A DNA stretch of 32,208 bases, taken from assembly GCF_001194135.2 (NCBI RefSeq), contig NC_068981.1, positions 36,403,343 through 36,435,550 of the forward strand. The letters are read 5' to 3'. Origin of the DNA: Octopus bimaculoides (lineage: Eukaryota). The number at the start of each line of letters is the position of its first letter. Within the stretch, counting starts at the first letter, position 1. This document shows, piece by piece, positions 1-11,860 of the stretch. Position numbers and translations under genes: made by a program. The notes beneath the pieces are model-generated. The model did not search any database and had not been told where the DNA came from. It saw nothing but the letters and a program-made list of their open reading frames with translations.

Positions 1-43
<43 letters not shown>

Positions 44-258
44 TATATATATAGATATATATATATATACATACATATATAATGTGTATGTATGTGTATT
101 ATATGTATATATATGTGTATAATTGTGTATATGTGTGTGTGTATATGCATGCATGCATATGTGTGTGTATATATATATATACACACACACACAAATATAT
201 ATGTATATGTTTATATATAAATATGTATATATATACACACACACAAATATATAATGTA

Positions 259-306
<48 letters not shown>

Positions 307-470
307 CACACACACACGTGTATATGTGAATGTGTGTGTATATATATATGTATATATATATATACACGTGTTTATGTATATATATGAGTGTGTGCATATA
401 TATACATACACACACAATGTGTTTACACATACATGTTAATGTATAAATGCACATGAACACATCTATTCTA
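1..470. repeat. Compound (TA)n/(CA)n/(TG)n microsatellite and low-complexity block
   Basis: Directly visible dinucleotide runs; source of the YIYI/HTHT ORFs. Confidence 0.95.
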
Positions 471-769
471 TATTTATGTAAATGAATGTATATATGTGTA
501 GTTATGTGTTTTTATTTATCTATTTATTTAATTTTTTCTGTAATGGTTTCATTTAGTGTTCTCACGACTGCATGTTGGAAATTGAAAATTAATTTTTTTT
601 TCTGAGTGCATGTGCAAATTTCCCTCTGTGTGTATGTGTGTGTGCACATATGTTTGTGGTGTGGTGTATGTATGTTAATGGTGTGTAAAGTTATGACATG
701 GTGACTACTATTACAAGATGGAAGAGGAGGGTTGAATAAGAGATATTGTTGGTAATTCCTTACATACTC

Positions 770-905
770 ATATATATGTGTGTTTATGTGTATGTGTATG
801 TGCAAGCATGTGTGTGTGTATATACATATATGTATGCATAGATATGTATGCACACACACACATATATGTATGTGTATATATATAAATGTATGCATTTATG
901 TGTGA

Positions 906-974
<69 letters not shown>
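770..974. repeat. (TG)n-(TA)n microsatellite
   Basis: Directly visible runs. Confidence 0.95.
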
Positions 975-975
<1 letters not shown>

Positions 976-1344
976 CAAATCTTTTAAAATCTAAGTTACT
1001 CATAGTTCTCATGACAATATGCTAAAGTTTAAAATACCAAAATTCTCAGCATGCAATTGTTTGGCATGTAGTGTCTACACAGTGAAGTGTTTTCCATGAA
1101 GCTGACTTTATTATTGTGGAATGGAATTGTTTCTCAAGTATTGAATTCAGTAATGGAAGTGTTTCTGAAGAATGGAATTGTTTCAATCTAGCAGTGTGTA
1201 TATCTTTGCTATGTATATTTTTGTATAAGTTTAAAGTATGCATAATGTTGTGAAAATGTATATAACTATGATGTATGTTACAGCTTTTAATTTAGACATC
1301 GATGTTTCAGTTGAAATGTAATGCAGGATTATTTTCACTAAGTT

Positions 1345-1400
1345 TATAATAATAATGATGATGATGAAGATGGTGAAGATGATGATGATGATAATGATGG
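1345..1400. repeat. (AAT)/(GAT)n trinucleotide repeat
   Basis: aataataatgatgatgatgaagatggtgaagatgatgatgatgataatgatg. Confidence 0.85.
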
Positions 1401-1409
1401 TGGAGCTCA

Positions 1410-1592
1410 TTTAATTTTGGCACAATGCCAGTAATTTTGAGAGCAGTGGTGTTTTGGTACTCAATTTCATTTACCCCAAGATGATTATAGTCAAAGTTGG
1501 CCTCTATGGCATTTGAACTTAAATGTCAAGAGGTAGATGAAATACCACAAGGTATTTTGTTCAATGTTTAAGTGATTTTGCTAATCCAGAAG
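1410..1592 (-). mobile_element. tRNA-derived SINE, family S1, degenerate
   Basis: Reverse complement aligns by eye with 29500-29680 and 24135-24335 (ttttggcacaatgccag / gccttgtgcc end; gaacttaaatgt / attcgaattcc B-box region). Confidence 0.6.
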
Positions 1593-1669
1593 TAGAAAGT
1601 TTCATCACATTTCTATCAGCAACCAAGATGTTGTTGGGAATATAATCATGAAATATAAAAACACTGGTA

Positions 1670-3420
1670 TTTTAATGAAATAAGAGAGAGGGTGGAATCA
1701 GCAAAGACAATAAAGAGCAATAAATGGTCAATGAGAACATGTCCCCAATAAAGGAAAAAATTCACCTCTCATAATCTGCGGTTTCCCATTCAAAGCCTAA
1801 GATGACTCAGTTGTATCAAAGGTAAAAGCACCCTGTTCCAGTTTCTCATCACCCATTTATGGTTACATAATCTGAGTAATCCCATTTAGCCTTGTCAATC
1901 TTACAACTCTCATCTACTTTTTGTAAAACATGTAAGGGATTGGCACCTTCCTTTCAACCTCACTATGTTCTTCAACTGGTAATTGACGAAGTTGATGAGG
2001 ACTTAACTAGAGTGGGAAAGCTCTTATCACAAATCTTAACATACTCCTTATAACTTCCTCCACCATAGTCATCATAGAAAGAAAAAGTATATTTCCTGCC
2101 TTGTCAAAGAAAGGTGGTACATTAGTCATGATAAAATCAGCTTATAGCTACATCCATCCCACAAGTGACTGTTTGTTGCAAGGTCACAGGTCAGTAAACA
2201 TGTACATTGAACAAATGCCTGTTGACTGATTTTGTTGCTTTGTATACATCTCAGATAGGTTTTACTGATGGCACTTCTGTCCTCATAGGACTTTTGGGCT
2301 GATGACTTTTAGAATTGTCCATAATCCATGACCTGGAAGACTGAAAAGTCAGGCAGATATAGGAAACATTACTTCAGTGGTAAGCTGGCCATCATGTTTT
2401 GTCCCAGGAAACATCTGACAGACTAGGACATATGCTCTTTTGCATCTTGTGGAATGATCAAAACCTGCTTGCTAAGAGATCCATCCTTTGACAACATCCC
2501 ATTCAAGAATCTAGGAAAGCAGTAGCTGATAATGTTCAAGTATGCACCAAAGCTGCCAAAACTCTGAAAAATCCTGGACAATGATGTTGAACAGGTACAC
2601 TCATCATTCATGTGGCACATCTTTCCACCACTTATTTCTTTGAAAAAATTGCAATCTCAGGTCAAGTTCAGACTTAACTTGGGCTTGCCCTCATGGCAAT
2701 CTATCATTTGGATACTATGGTCAGTGGAAAGTTAACCTTTAGCATTTAAACTGACCATATCTGGCCCAAATTTTCAACCTGTTTTATATTCAGACCAGCC
2801 AGCTCTGGCTTCTCACACATAACCTACAATGTTATTCTAAAATTAAACAATACCATCATTGAAATCTCTAAACCATGAGATAATGCCTGATTAATTCAAA
2901 ACAATGTGAATAAATAAGCATTATACTTGACAGTGTAACCTGAATGCTACAGGGTTAAACCTTGTATTCAATAGAATTTTAATTGAGTATGAGTGACAAT
3001 GCATAGAATGATTCTGAGCATCGGTAAAGTTTGAATATATTCCAATGTGGTCAGATATTTCCTAATATAAACCAAAATGGTCAGCACACCTCTGAAATGA
3101 TGTTGGTGTTGGTTACTTCTACCTGACCTTTCAAAGACAACTTTCTCCCATTTTGAGTGAGACTGGCCAACCTGCTTGTGACCTCTTTGCTATTTCTTTC
3201 TACCTGAAAGTTCAGTTTGTCAAACTCGAAGCACCTTGTGCAGGAAAATCTACTGACCAGTGTGAACAAGGTTCCACTAAAGTCAGGTTGTAAACACTCC
3301 AATTCATTTTGCTTACAGCCTCCTTGACATCCAATATGACTGACCGTGTCAGTGATACTCATCACATATGCAGACACTAACAATAACCATATTATCTGTA
3401 CATGTTGTATACTTATACAT
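1670..3420 (-). mobile_element. Decayed Tx1/L1-clade LINE, ORF2 3' half (RT C-terminus to zinc knuckle and 3' end); pseudogenic
   Basis: Minus-strand translation across frameshifts gives a degenerate YADD-like site (CTDNMVIV, ~3390) and FQVERNSKEVTSRLASLTQNGRKLSLKGQVEVTNTNIISEV (L1/Tx1 'LS..GR...N..I.S' motif). It also gives a degenerate knuckle TYLRCIQSNKISQQAFVQC (~2210-2260) and C-terminal NVPPFFDKAGNILFLSM / LINFVNYQLKNIVRL. Many stops. Family assigned from recalled motifs. Confidence 0.65.
2732..2958. mobile_element. piggyBac-type MITE (TTAA target site, CCT/CCC-starting TIRs)
   Basis: Left end TTAACCTTTAGCATT; right end AATGCTACAGGGTTAA (reverse complement TTAACCCTGTAGCATT); 227 bp, non-coding. 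Confidence 0.8.
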
Positions 3421-3594
3421 ATACAATTCAAAAAAGGAAGAATACATTGGATAATGGATTCTCAGATAATCATACAAAAACATAATGGTTATGATTGAGA
3501 TGCTTTTGATCATAGATATCATCAATAAAGGCTGACATGGGAATTACATAACAATTAAAGCCACAAAAACATTATCTCTTATTAGATAACCTAA

Positions 3595-3647
3595 CATGAA
3601 GGCCTTCACATAGTCACTCCACCTGCAGGATATGGCTTTCCAAAAGT
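3595..3647 (-). repeat. Family U 3'-end fragment
   Basis: Reverse complement atcctgcaggtggagtgactatgtgaaggcc resembles 19485-19520 (ttcttgcaggtagagcaatcatgtagaggct). Confidence 0.45.
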
Positions 3648-4714
3648 CCTTCCTAATGTCAACCACTCCAAGAGTGTAGCGGGTGCTTTTTACATGCCAC
3701 CAGTACAGGAGCCAGTCAAGCAGCACTGGCAACGACCATGCACAAATGGTGCTTCTTACATGCCACCAGCATGGGAGCCAGTCAGGTGGGACTGGGAACA
3801 ACCCACGCTCGAATGGTGCTTTTTATATGCTACCAGTATGGGAACTAGTTAGGCGACACTGGCAATGACCATGTTTGAACGGTGCTTCTTATGTACCACC
3901 GATATGGGAGCCTGTCAGGCAGCACTGGCATCGACCATGCTCAAATGGTGCTTTTTATGTGCCACCAGCATGGGTGCCAGTCAGGCGGTACTGGCATTGG
4001 ACACAACGATGACTTCACTTGACTCAATAGGTCTTCACAAGCATAGTTTACTGCCCAATGATTGAAGGGTACTCATAAATGGGCCAGTTATACTGCACTG
4101 GCATAGCTCACGGTTATAGTCTCACTTGGCTTGCCAGGTTTTCTCAAGCACAGCATATCTCCAAAGGTCTTGGTTGCTTGTCACCTCCGTGAGGCCCAAT
4201 GTTCAAAGGTCATGCTTCACCACTTCATCCCAGGTCTTTCTGGGTCTACCTCTTCCACGGGTTTCCTCTACTGCTAGGGTGTGACACTTTCTTACACAGC
4301 TGTCCTCATCCATATGCAACACATGACAATAACAGCACAGTCGTCTCTCTTGCACACTACATTTGATGCTTCTTATGTCCAACTTTTCTCTCAGGGGTAC
4401 TCTGTCGAGTATGCACACTGACATTACACATTCAGTGGAGCATACTAGCTTTATTTCTTGCAAGTTTACACATGTCCTCAGCAGTCACAGCCCATGTTTC
4501 ACTGCTGTGTAGCATGGCTGTTTGCACACGTGTCATACAGTCTCCTTTTTACTCTGAGTGAGAGACCCTTTGTCACCAGCAGAGGTAGGAGCTCTCTGAA
4601 CTTTGCCCAGGCTATTCTTATTCTAGAAGCTACACTCTCAAAGCATCTACCCCCACTACTGACTTGGTCACCTAGGTAACAGAAGCTATCAACTTCTAGT
4701 TTTTCCCCTAGCAT
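3648..4714 (-). mobile_element. RTE-clade LINE, lineage A, 5'-truncated (ORF2 C-terminus plus 3' UTR with 66-bp array); terminal tail missing
   Basis: ORF 4499-4714: LEVDSFCYLGDQVSSGG..RIRIAWAKFRELLPLL. ORF 4203-4463: QERRL..GRGRPRKTWDEVVKHDL. The UTR matches 17007-17720. Confidence 0.92.
3683..4010 (-). repeat. Five tandem ~66-bp units in the RTE-A 3' UTR
   Basis: GTGCT(T/C)TT anchor at 3683, 3749, 3816, 3882, 3948 (period 66-67); whole units are similar, with no unique spacers. Confidence 0.9.
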
Positions 4715-5579
4715 ATGACGGAAGCTAAATTAATATAAATTAATTTTATGGCGTTGTTTAAATGATATATATTTAAAAAATCTTTTTATTAGTTAAGCAA
4801 GAAAGAGCTTTGCACATGATCTTTTACTAATCTTTCAAAACTTGTGAGATGAAGAAAGGTAGCTTTGAAGTGGAGACCTGGCCTGAGTGGTGCAAAAGAA
4901 TGAACTTGTCAGTGAAAAGTACTTAAAATGTTGGGTGATGGTATTAAACCAAAACCAGATTAAGTCTACTGATTGTTGCTTGAATGTTTTTGAATTTTAG
5001 AATTTTAATTCAAGTTTCTTTAATTAAAATATTTTATCATAAGCACTGTTGGATCACTGAAGCTTGATCATAGTGCTTCTGACATATTCTTGGCAAAGAT
5101 TTGTTAATTCTGTCTGGATTGTCTGAAAAATACAGTTAAATCTCATTGGGTATATAAAGACTTTTGTGCCAGATTATGAAGATGTACCAAGAGAAAATGC
5201 TAAGTGGCTTATCCAAATCAAGAGAATGATATATTTGATTCTTAGAAATGCTTTAAAGATAATTTTGGCCTTTAATTAAGAATGATTGTGAAATATATAT
5301 GCATCTATTCTCTTAAAGAAGAATGTTTTAATTTTTAGTCTTTAATTTTCTTCTTTTTCTTAAACTCCTCTGTTGATTTATAAAACAAAGGGCATAAGAA
5401 TCTTGATCATCTTAGATGTCTGATGCCTTTCAATTGCAATGTGTTCATATTTTTGTATAAAATAAACTGCCTCTGTATTATGTGAGTCTAATTGCAGTAA
5501 AGGGAAGGTCTAGTGGTGAATGAACAAACATTATTCATCAAAAATTTCACCGTTGACAACACTGGTATTGTCATTGCAA

Positions 5580-5690
5580 TCATCATCTTCATAGATTTAA
5601 TGCCTACTTTTCATGCTTGCATGGGTCAGATGGAATTCAATGAGGAAAATTTTCTATAACCAGATACCATTTCTGTTAACTACTCTCACC
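5580..5690 (-). mobile_element. RTE-type 3' tail fragment
   Basis: catcatc tail followed by tttaatgcctactttttcatgcttgcatgggtc, the same terminal hairpin as other tails. Confidence 0.6.
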
Positions 5691-7769
5691 TTCTAAGGAT
5701 GCTAGGAGTAGAGGAGTGGCTTGTCAGAGCTATACAAACCACGTACAGTTGTGCTGTCAGTAACATGAACATGAATACAGTGATGAATTCAGTGTACAAA
5801 TAAAGGTTCACCAGAGCTCAGTTCTTAGTTCACTCTTATTCATCATAGTCCTAGGTCATAACAGAAGAATTCAAAACTGGATGCCCATGGGAACTACTTT
5901 ATGCTGATGACCTAGCTCTTATTGCAGAATTTGAAGCAGAATTGGAGAAGTTCCAGGTATGGAAACAAAACCTAAAATCAAAGGGCCTTAAAGTTAACCT
6001 AGCAAGGACTAAAGTTGTTGTTAGCAAGAAAACAGATAAGGCTCTCTTTCTGTCAGGTAAATGGGCCTGCTCAATACATAGGAAAGGAGTTGGAAGTAAT
6101 TCCATTTGCTGCATCCAATGTAAGCTATTGAACACATAAGAGATGCAGTGGATTAACAGATAAGGTTCCCCTTGTGTATGACAGATGTACAGGAACAATA
6201 AGCACTAAGAGCATGCAGGACTTAAATTCTCTCAAATGTCCAGGAAGCTCTCTTGAGATAGTAGGTTAGTTTCTACTACTTAGGTGACCAAATTAGTAAT
6301 GGTGGTGAATGGTCTGAAAGTATTGTTTCTAGAATAAGAATAGGATGGAGGAAGTTCAGAGAACTACTACCTCTGTTGGCAACAAAAGGACTCTCTCTTA
6401 GAGTGAAAGGTAGATTGTATGATGCTAGTATACAAATGGCTGTACTCCATGGTAGTGGGACATGGGCTCTGAATGCAGAGGGCATGCATAGACTAGAAAG
6501 GAATGAAGGTACTATGCTCCACTGGATGTGCAACATCAGTGTGCATAAATGACAAAACACAACTGTGTTGAGAGAAGAGTTGGGCATAAGAGGAATTAAT
6601 GTGGCATGCAGGAGAGGAGACTACATTGGTTTGGACTTGTGATGCATATGAATGAAGGCAGTAGCTTAAGGAAGTGCTGGTCACTGAAAGTGAATGGTAC
6701 CTGTGGAAGAGGGAGACCCAGGAAGACGTAGGATGAAGTGTCTTCCTGAGATCGGCCCTGAAGACTGATCTCAGGATGTTAGGGCTCACAAAGGAAATGA
6801 CAATAGATTGAGATGTCTGGTGATATGAGGTTCTAGACAGGACCCACCCACATCAGCAAAACTGAGTGTTAGAAGTGTTGTGTTCCACTCGCATGTAACA
6901 ATACCTACCCCAAGAAACCAAACTACATCTCCTCTCCTAAACTGCATCTTTTCTCTTCCTCACATTTCCTCTTTATACTCTATGATTATCTCCCACTCCC
7001 CATCCCTGCCTTCACTGCCCTGCTCCCTGTATCACTGCTTTTCCCACCTCATCTTTATACTCAGGTTCTCACCAGTCACTGCAATCCCCACCTCCACTCC
7101 CTACTTGTACCTTCTTGGCAATACCTGGCCACATATATTCTGACCTCCATACTTTGAGGGTATGCCCTGGCAATTGCTATCATTTATCTTTCTATTCCTT
7201 ACTCTATCATCCCACCTATGTTCTGATCCCCATTCCTTGAGAGTATACCCTGGCACTTTACCATCATCTCTCTCCTGCTCTTTCTTGCACTCTTGTAGTC
7301 TTCCACACTCTCTCTCTTTTCCTTGCTCTTTCCTCTGGCAAGGTAACTAAGTATTTCCTTTACAGCAGCACACCTGTTTCTGTCCTCTTTCTTGTTACCT
7401 CTCTCTTCTTCTCTCTCTCTCTCTCTCTCTCTCTCTGGCTGGGTAACCATGTACCTCCTCTATAGCAAGACATATGTTCCTGCCTATTTGTCATACTCTA
7501 ATTTTTCATCCCTTGACACAAGATCACCTCCCTCCAATGACCCCCTCCCCTCTCAAAAATTCCTTGTCTTGCAGGTTACTGAGTGACCATGCTGGTGTCA
7601 TGTAAAAAGCACCCAGTCCACTCTGTATGGTGGTTGGCATTAAGAAGGGCATCCAGCTGTAAAAATCATACACAGTATCCTGGTGTAATTTTCTACTAGA
7701 CCAGCTCCTGTCAAACTGTTCAACCAATGCCAGCATAGAAGCCTGATGATGATGATGATGATGATGATG
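5691..7769 (+). mobile_element. RTE-clade LINE, lineage B, 5'-truncated within RT; long pyrimidine-rich 3' UTR; (GAT)n tail; pseudogenic
   Basis: LGVEEWLVRAIQ, HQSSVLS, CPWELLYADDLALIAE (YADD at 5900-5911), GLKVNLARTKV, YLGDQI, GRGRPRKT*DEV (~6705-6740); frameshifts and stops. UTR ends ggttggcattaagaagggcatccagctgta...atgccagcatagaa-(gat)n. Confidence 0.92.
7399..7437. repeat. (CT)n microsatellite inside the RTE-B UTR
   Basis: Directly visible. Confidence 0.9.
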
Positions 7770-7984
7770 CACAAAGTACAGCTTTCAATGAATCGATAGT
7801 GTAAATGATAAATACAGACCTTTCACACCAATCTTATACATACATAACCATATAATCTGTTTGTTATGCCAGCCTTCATAACATTTAAAAAATGTATTTA
7901 ATGCTATTCCAGCAATTTCTAAGGTAATTTTTTATGGCCAATATTCTGAAAATGAGCTATGTTGGGAGCAACACATGATCACTT

Positions 7985-8090
7985 GATGCTAGTGTAGTCC
8001 TGATGCATTGTGGATAAGTGTTCGAGTAGTCAAGATTGGAGAGTTTTTGATTATAAGTCTCCTGTTAGAGCTGATCTCGACCTAAAGAAT
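7985..8090 (-). repeat. Family U 5' fragment
   Basis: Reverse complement tttaggtcgagatcagctctaacaggagacttataatcaaa resembles 20016-20060. Confidence 0.45.
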
Positions 8091-9867
8091 GAGTCTTAAA
8101 TCCTAATTTCACATGATGATTCATCACCTTAGCTTGATTATCAGTGCCTCTAAAACTATTTAGCTTTCTCAGCTCTGTTTCAAACTATATAGTGCACCAA
8201 AGCCAGTAGTATTCATTCTCAAGTGCTCAGAACTAATTCTTAAAACAATCAAGATGAAAATTCTCCCATGGATAAGTTATTAACTAATCCATTAAATTTA
8301 CAGACACACTAAGAACTTATTTTCTATTAAGTTAAATAGAAGTTTATAAAGTTTTGTGCATGGCCTAAAGACACAACATAATACTTGCAAAAATGATGAT
8401 TTATGACAAGACTGTTGTCCTATCTTACTTAAGTTAATTTGATTTGGCAATGTTAATAATGTTGGAGATATTCTCTTGGTATACGTTTGTAAAATTGAAC
8501 GTGCTATTGTATTGACATCTTCTGGAAAGATGTATCACAGAATACTTACCATTGTTTTGTTTTCTTTATTCTGTATTAATAGTTTTGAGGCATTACAGAG
8601 TTAATAAGTAATATTCAGACACCTGCTGCAAATTATTGATAACTATAGTAGAGTAGAGTGAATTTTCCAAGCCAGCTGAGCCTAAAAACAATTTTTGATT
8701 TTGAGATGGAGTTATTTCACATTACTAATTTTTTTTTCCTGTTAACTTAGTGACATGTATAAACAGAATATCAACTCAATTTCTAACTCTCAAATATTCA
8801 CAAATAAAAATTAATGATTTTAAGATCTACCAAATTTCATTCTTGTTCCACACTTCTTGACCTATAACAACAAAAGGAAATCAACTATTGTCATTAGTTG
8901 AGAAATATTAATCCATTATCTTAACTCTAGCAAAATGACCATCAACTTTACTTTTCTATTTCCTAATTTCAGGCATCTTTTCTGGCACATGGCCAGGAGG
9001 ATCTTTGCACTGTCCATATACTTCACCATCTCACAAATTTGGAAGTTCTGAAAGGAATATTCCTGTAGCAAAACTAGCAAAGTCACAGTCATCTTTGTTC
9101 TCTTTTCCTCTGAGTGAATGAATTACAAATCCTTTCTCAAACCTTTCTCATTTTGGTAGATATAACTTTAATCATTTACAGCAATAAAGTATATGATTTA
9201 ACTATTCCTTCCATTATCCTCAAATATTGTGCCTTAAAGCTAATGCCTATTCTTAACTAACTCTTCTTTCATGCTTTCATCTTATATGGATATCTAGCTC
9301 AGCTTATGGCAATGCATGACAGTCTCTACTATCTCCAATAAAGACAACCTTTTCAACTCCACTGCTAGTTTATCGTTTTTAATTTTAATGACTCAAAGGC
9401 AATACAAATTGTAAATAATTCCTTCCTTTTTCAGTTTGTGTCCCTCTTCCAGTATGGTTTTCACACATCGTAGTAACTAGCATCTTTACATGATATACTA
9501 CACATTTCTTGCTCTTAAGAACTTCAAAGGAAACTGTAAAGTTTCTGACTATGATGATATGAAAAATCTAGCAAAGCTTCTTGATCATAAGCTTCACAGT
9601 TTTCTTATTTCCTGATTTAGAAACTCTTTGTCAGATGACATCATGTAACACTCCATACTACTTTTTCATACACCTAACCTTGATGTCATTCTCTCTATGA
9701 ATAAACATCCTCCTTGAGAAAAAAAGTTTTGAAGGCATCCTGTAGTAGGGATATAAGCTAAAATTAACCAAGATGCAAACATTAAACTTGGTAAGAAAAT
9801 ATATTCTCATCTAAACCCCTCACTGCATGGGATAACAGCTAAAACTTTCTTTGAAAAATGTTCTAAA

Positions 9868-10003
9868 GTGTAAGCATAGCTGTGTGATTAAGCGGCTTGT
9901 TTTGCAAGTTCAGTACTATATCCCCAAACTAGCCAGTTTGGGGATATAGGGAATACGGGAAGCAAAAACTGTGTGGAAGTCCATTATATACAAACATAAA
10001 CAT

Positions 10004-10074
<71 letters not shown>

Positions 10075-10285
10075 CATGTGTGTATTTGTTTCCCACCCCC
10101 ACTTGACAACTAATGTTGGTTTGTTTATGTCCTTGTCACTGAGCATTTTGGCAAAAGTAACCTATAGAATAAATACTAGATCTAAAAAAAATAAGTACTG
10201 GGGTTGATATGTTTAACTAAACCCTTCAAGGTATTGCCCTAATATGGCTACAATCTAAAGACTAAAATAAAGAAAAGATAAATGA
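9868..10285 (+). mobile_element. tRNA-derived SINE, family S2, with internal (TA)n/(TG)n microsatellite
   Basis: Head agctgtgtgattaagcggcttg resembles 14520 and the reverse complement of 23440-23475. Followed by a microsatellite and a 3' body (cttgacaactaatgttgg...ttggcaaaagtaacctatagaataa...ggggttgat) recalled as an octopus SINE. Confidence 0.7.
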
Positions 10286-10665
10286 TAATCACTCCTTTCT
10301 TGACCTTAAAATCTTCAACTATCCTTTATGGTGACCACATAAATTTATATCATAACCAAGAATGCATTACAAAGGTTTTGTTTCCCTCAATCTTATGGTC
10401 AACCTTATGATCAACCTTAAGAAGCAAACAAAGGATAAGCAGAACTTTTTTCATCAGCATACATAATCACCAATTTACTGACAACTATTCCTCCACCCTA
10501 TCTAAACATCTACCCAAACACATCCATCTAAAATGTAACTACTTCCCCATTCTCTCTATCTATTTATCTGTCCGTTTGTCAATAATTTCTATATTTTTAA
10601 GACGACTCCTATGAATCCACTAGCTGTGGGGATCAGTATTGGTTTGAACTCAAATTGCTAAATTT

Positions 10666-10778
10666 GTTAGAAACAGAAACCAAATACTTCTCAAATCACT
10701 AAAAACCACACTAAAAACAGAAGAAACATATTGAGTGATGTAACACCAGATTCAGGGTATCTCAATAAAAGGATGACT
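10666..10778 (-). repeat. Family U fragment
   Basis: gttagaaacagaaaccaaatacttctcaaatcac aligns with 26197-26235 (ctagaaattacaaccaaatctctctcaaatcac). Confidence 0.55.
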
Positions 10779-10809
10779 ACAAATACAACTGTTTTGAGTG
10801 TAAGTTTAG

Positions 10810-11075
10810 TCTGTTGGTTATGACAATGAGAGTTCCAGCTGATCCAATCAACAGAACAACATGCAAGTCGCTAAGCATGTCATTAATGTAGTTCTCAGGG
10901 AGATTCAGCATGACAGAATGTGACAAGGCTGTACAGGTATAACTCATTTTTGCCAAGTGAGTAGACTGGAGCAATGTCAAATAAAGTATCTTGCACAAGG
11001 ATACAATGTGCTACCAGGAATCGAACTAAAGATCTTATGATTGTAAGCTGAATACACTAACCATAAAACCACTTG
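10810..11075 (-). mobile_element. tRNA-derived SINE, family S3, with central domain resembling CORE/Meta-type SINEs
   Basis: Minus strand has an A-box-like TGGTTTTATGG and a B box GTTCGATTCC (11017-11026), then ttgtatccttgtgcaagatactttat...ctccagtctactcacttggcaaaaatgagt. Confidence 0.72.
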
Positions 11076-11579
11076 TGTTTAAGCATCATCAACAAGAACA
11101 ATTTAATGAAACACAGCCAAGCTTACTGTAACTAAAGTGTTAGGATATGAAACATCATCAAACTATTGGTTCTTACAGCTTGTCCAGCAATGACTTTGGC
11201 ATCTAATATAGAAGAAACAAAGAGTAAACTCATCTTAAAATTGTTTATGATCTAAAACAACTCTATAATACATTTTCTCAATTATATGACCAATTATGTT
11301 TTGGTTCCAGTGAACATAATGAGTTAAAATCTGTCAAAATACTGGGTAACTTGTCCATATTCTACATATATTTGCATCTGTTAGTAGTTTTATATGTATT
11401 GCTGCAAAGTTATGCTGAAATATTATAGTTAAGTCTGTCACATTAGCACAATAAACATTTAAATTCATTCTTTATTCTCTTGACAAAATAGTGAATGTCC
11501 TTTCTCTCAGCATTTTCCCCCCTCAATTGCCTTACCTAATTTTCATACAGTCTCTCTCACTTTTTCTCATCATTTCTCT

Positions 11580-11708
11580 CATATATATGTCTGAGTGAGT
11601 GAGTGAGTGAGTGTGTGCGTGTGTGAGTGTGTGGTTATATATCTATCTAGAGACATGTATGCATATGCATATTCATGTATATATATTTTCATGTATATTT
11701 ATACACAC

Positions 11709-11748
<40 letters not shown>

Positions 11749-11758
11749 NNNNNNNNNN

Positions 11759-11797
<39 letters not shown>

Positions 11798-11860
11798 TAT
11801 ATGTGTACGTATATAGGTTTACACGCACACACACACACACAGGCACACATTTATATATAT
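11580..11860. repeat. Compound (GAGT)/(TG)/(TA)/(CA) microsatellite spanning an assembly gap
   Basis: Directly visible. Confidence 0.9.
11749..11758. other. Assembly gap (10 N)
   Basis: Run of N. Confidence 1.

Noticed and set aside
82-978. ORFs rich in YIYI/HTHT/CVCV (also at 9916-10207, 11607-11933, 12424-12970, 13682-14089, 22687-22911)
   Set aside because: These are translations of dinucleotide microsatellites, which lack stops in most frames.
3683-4010. Regularly spaced repeats resembling a CRISPR array (also ~17430-17685 and 25170-25425)
   Set aside because: Whole units are homologous, with no unique spacers. They sit in a LINE 3' UTR in eukaryotic DNA with no cas genes.
5580-5700. 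Antisense tail abutting the 5' end of RTE-B as a twin-priming inversion
   Set aside because: The antisense piece is a 3' tail of a different subfamily, which twin priming does not produce. Independent insertion or deletion is more likely.
8543-8572. Minus-strand AAAACAATG/GTAAGT, a possible ATG-ending exon or 21-nt microexon
   Set aside because: Several GGTAAGT matches are expected by chance, and there is no convincing acceptor or downstream exon.
8972-9120. Plus-strand acceptor followed by a 49-codon frame (GIFSGTWPGGSLHCPY...)
   Set aside because: No good donor before the stop, unrecognised peptide, and overlap with a possible antisense TE fossil.
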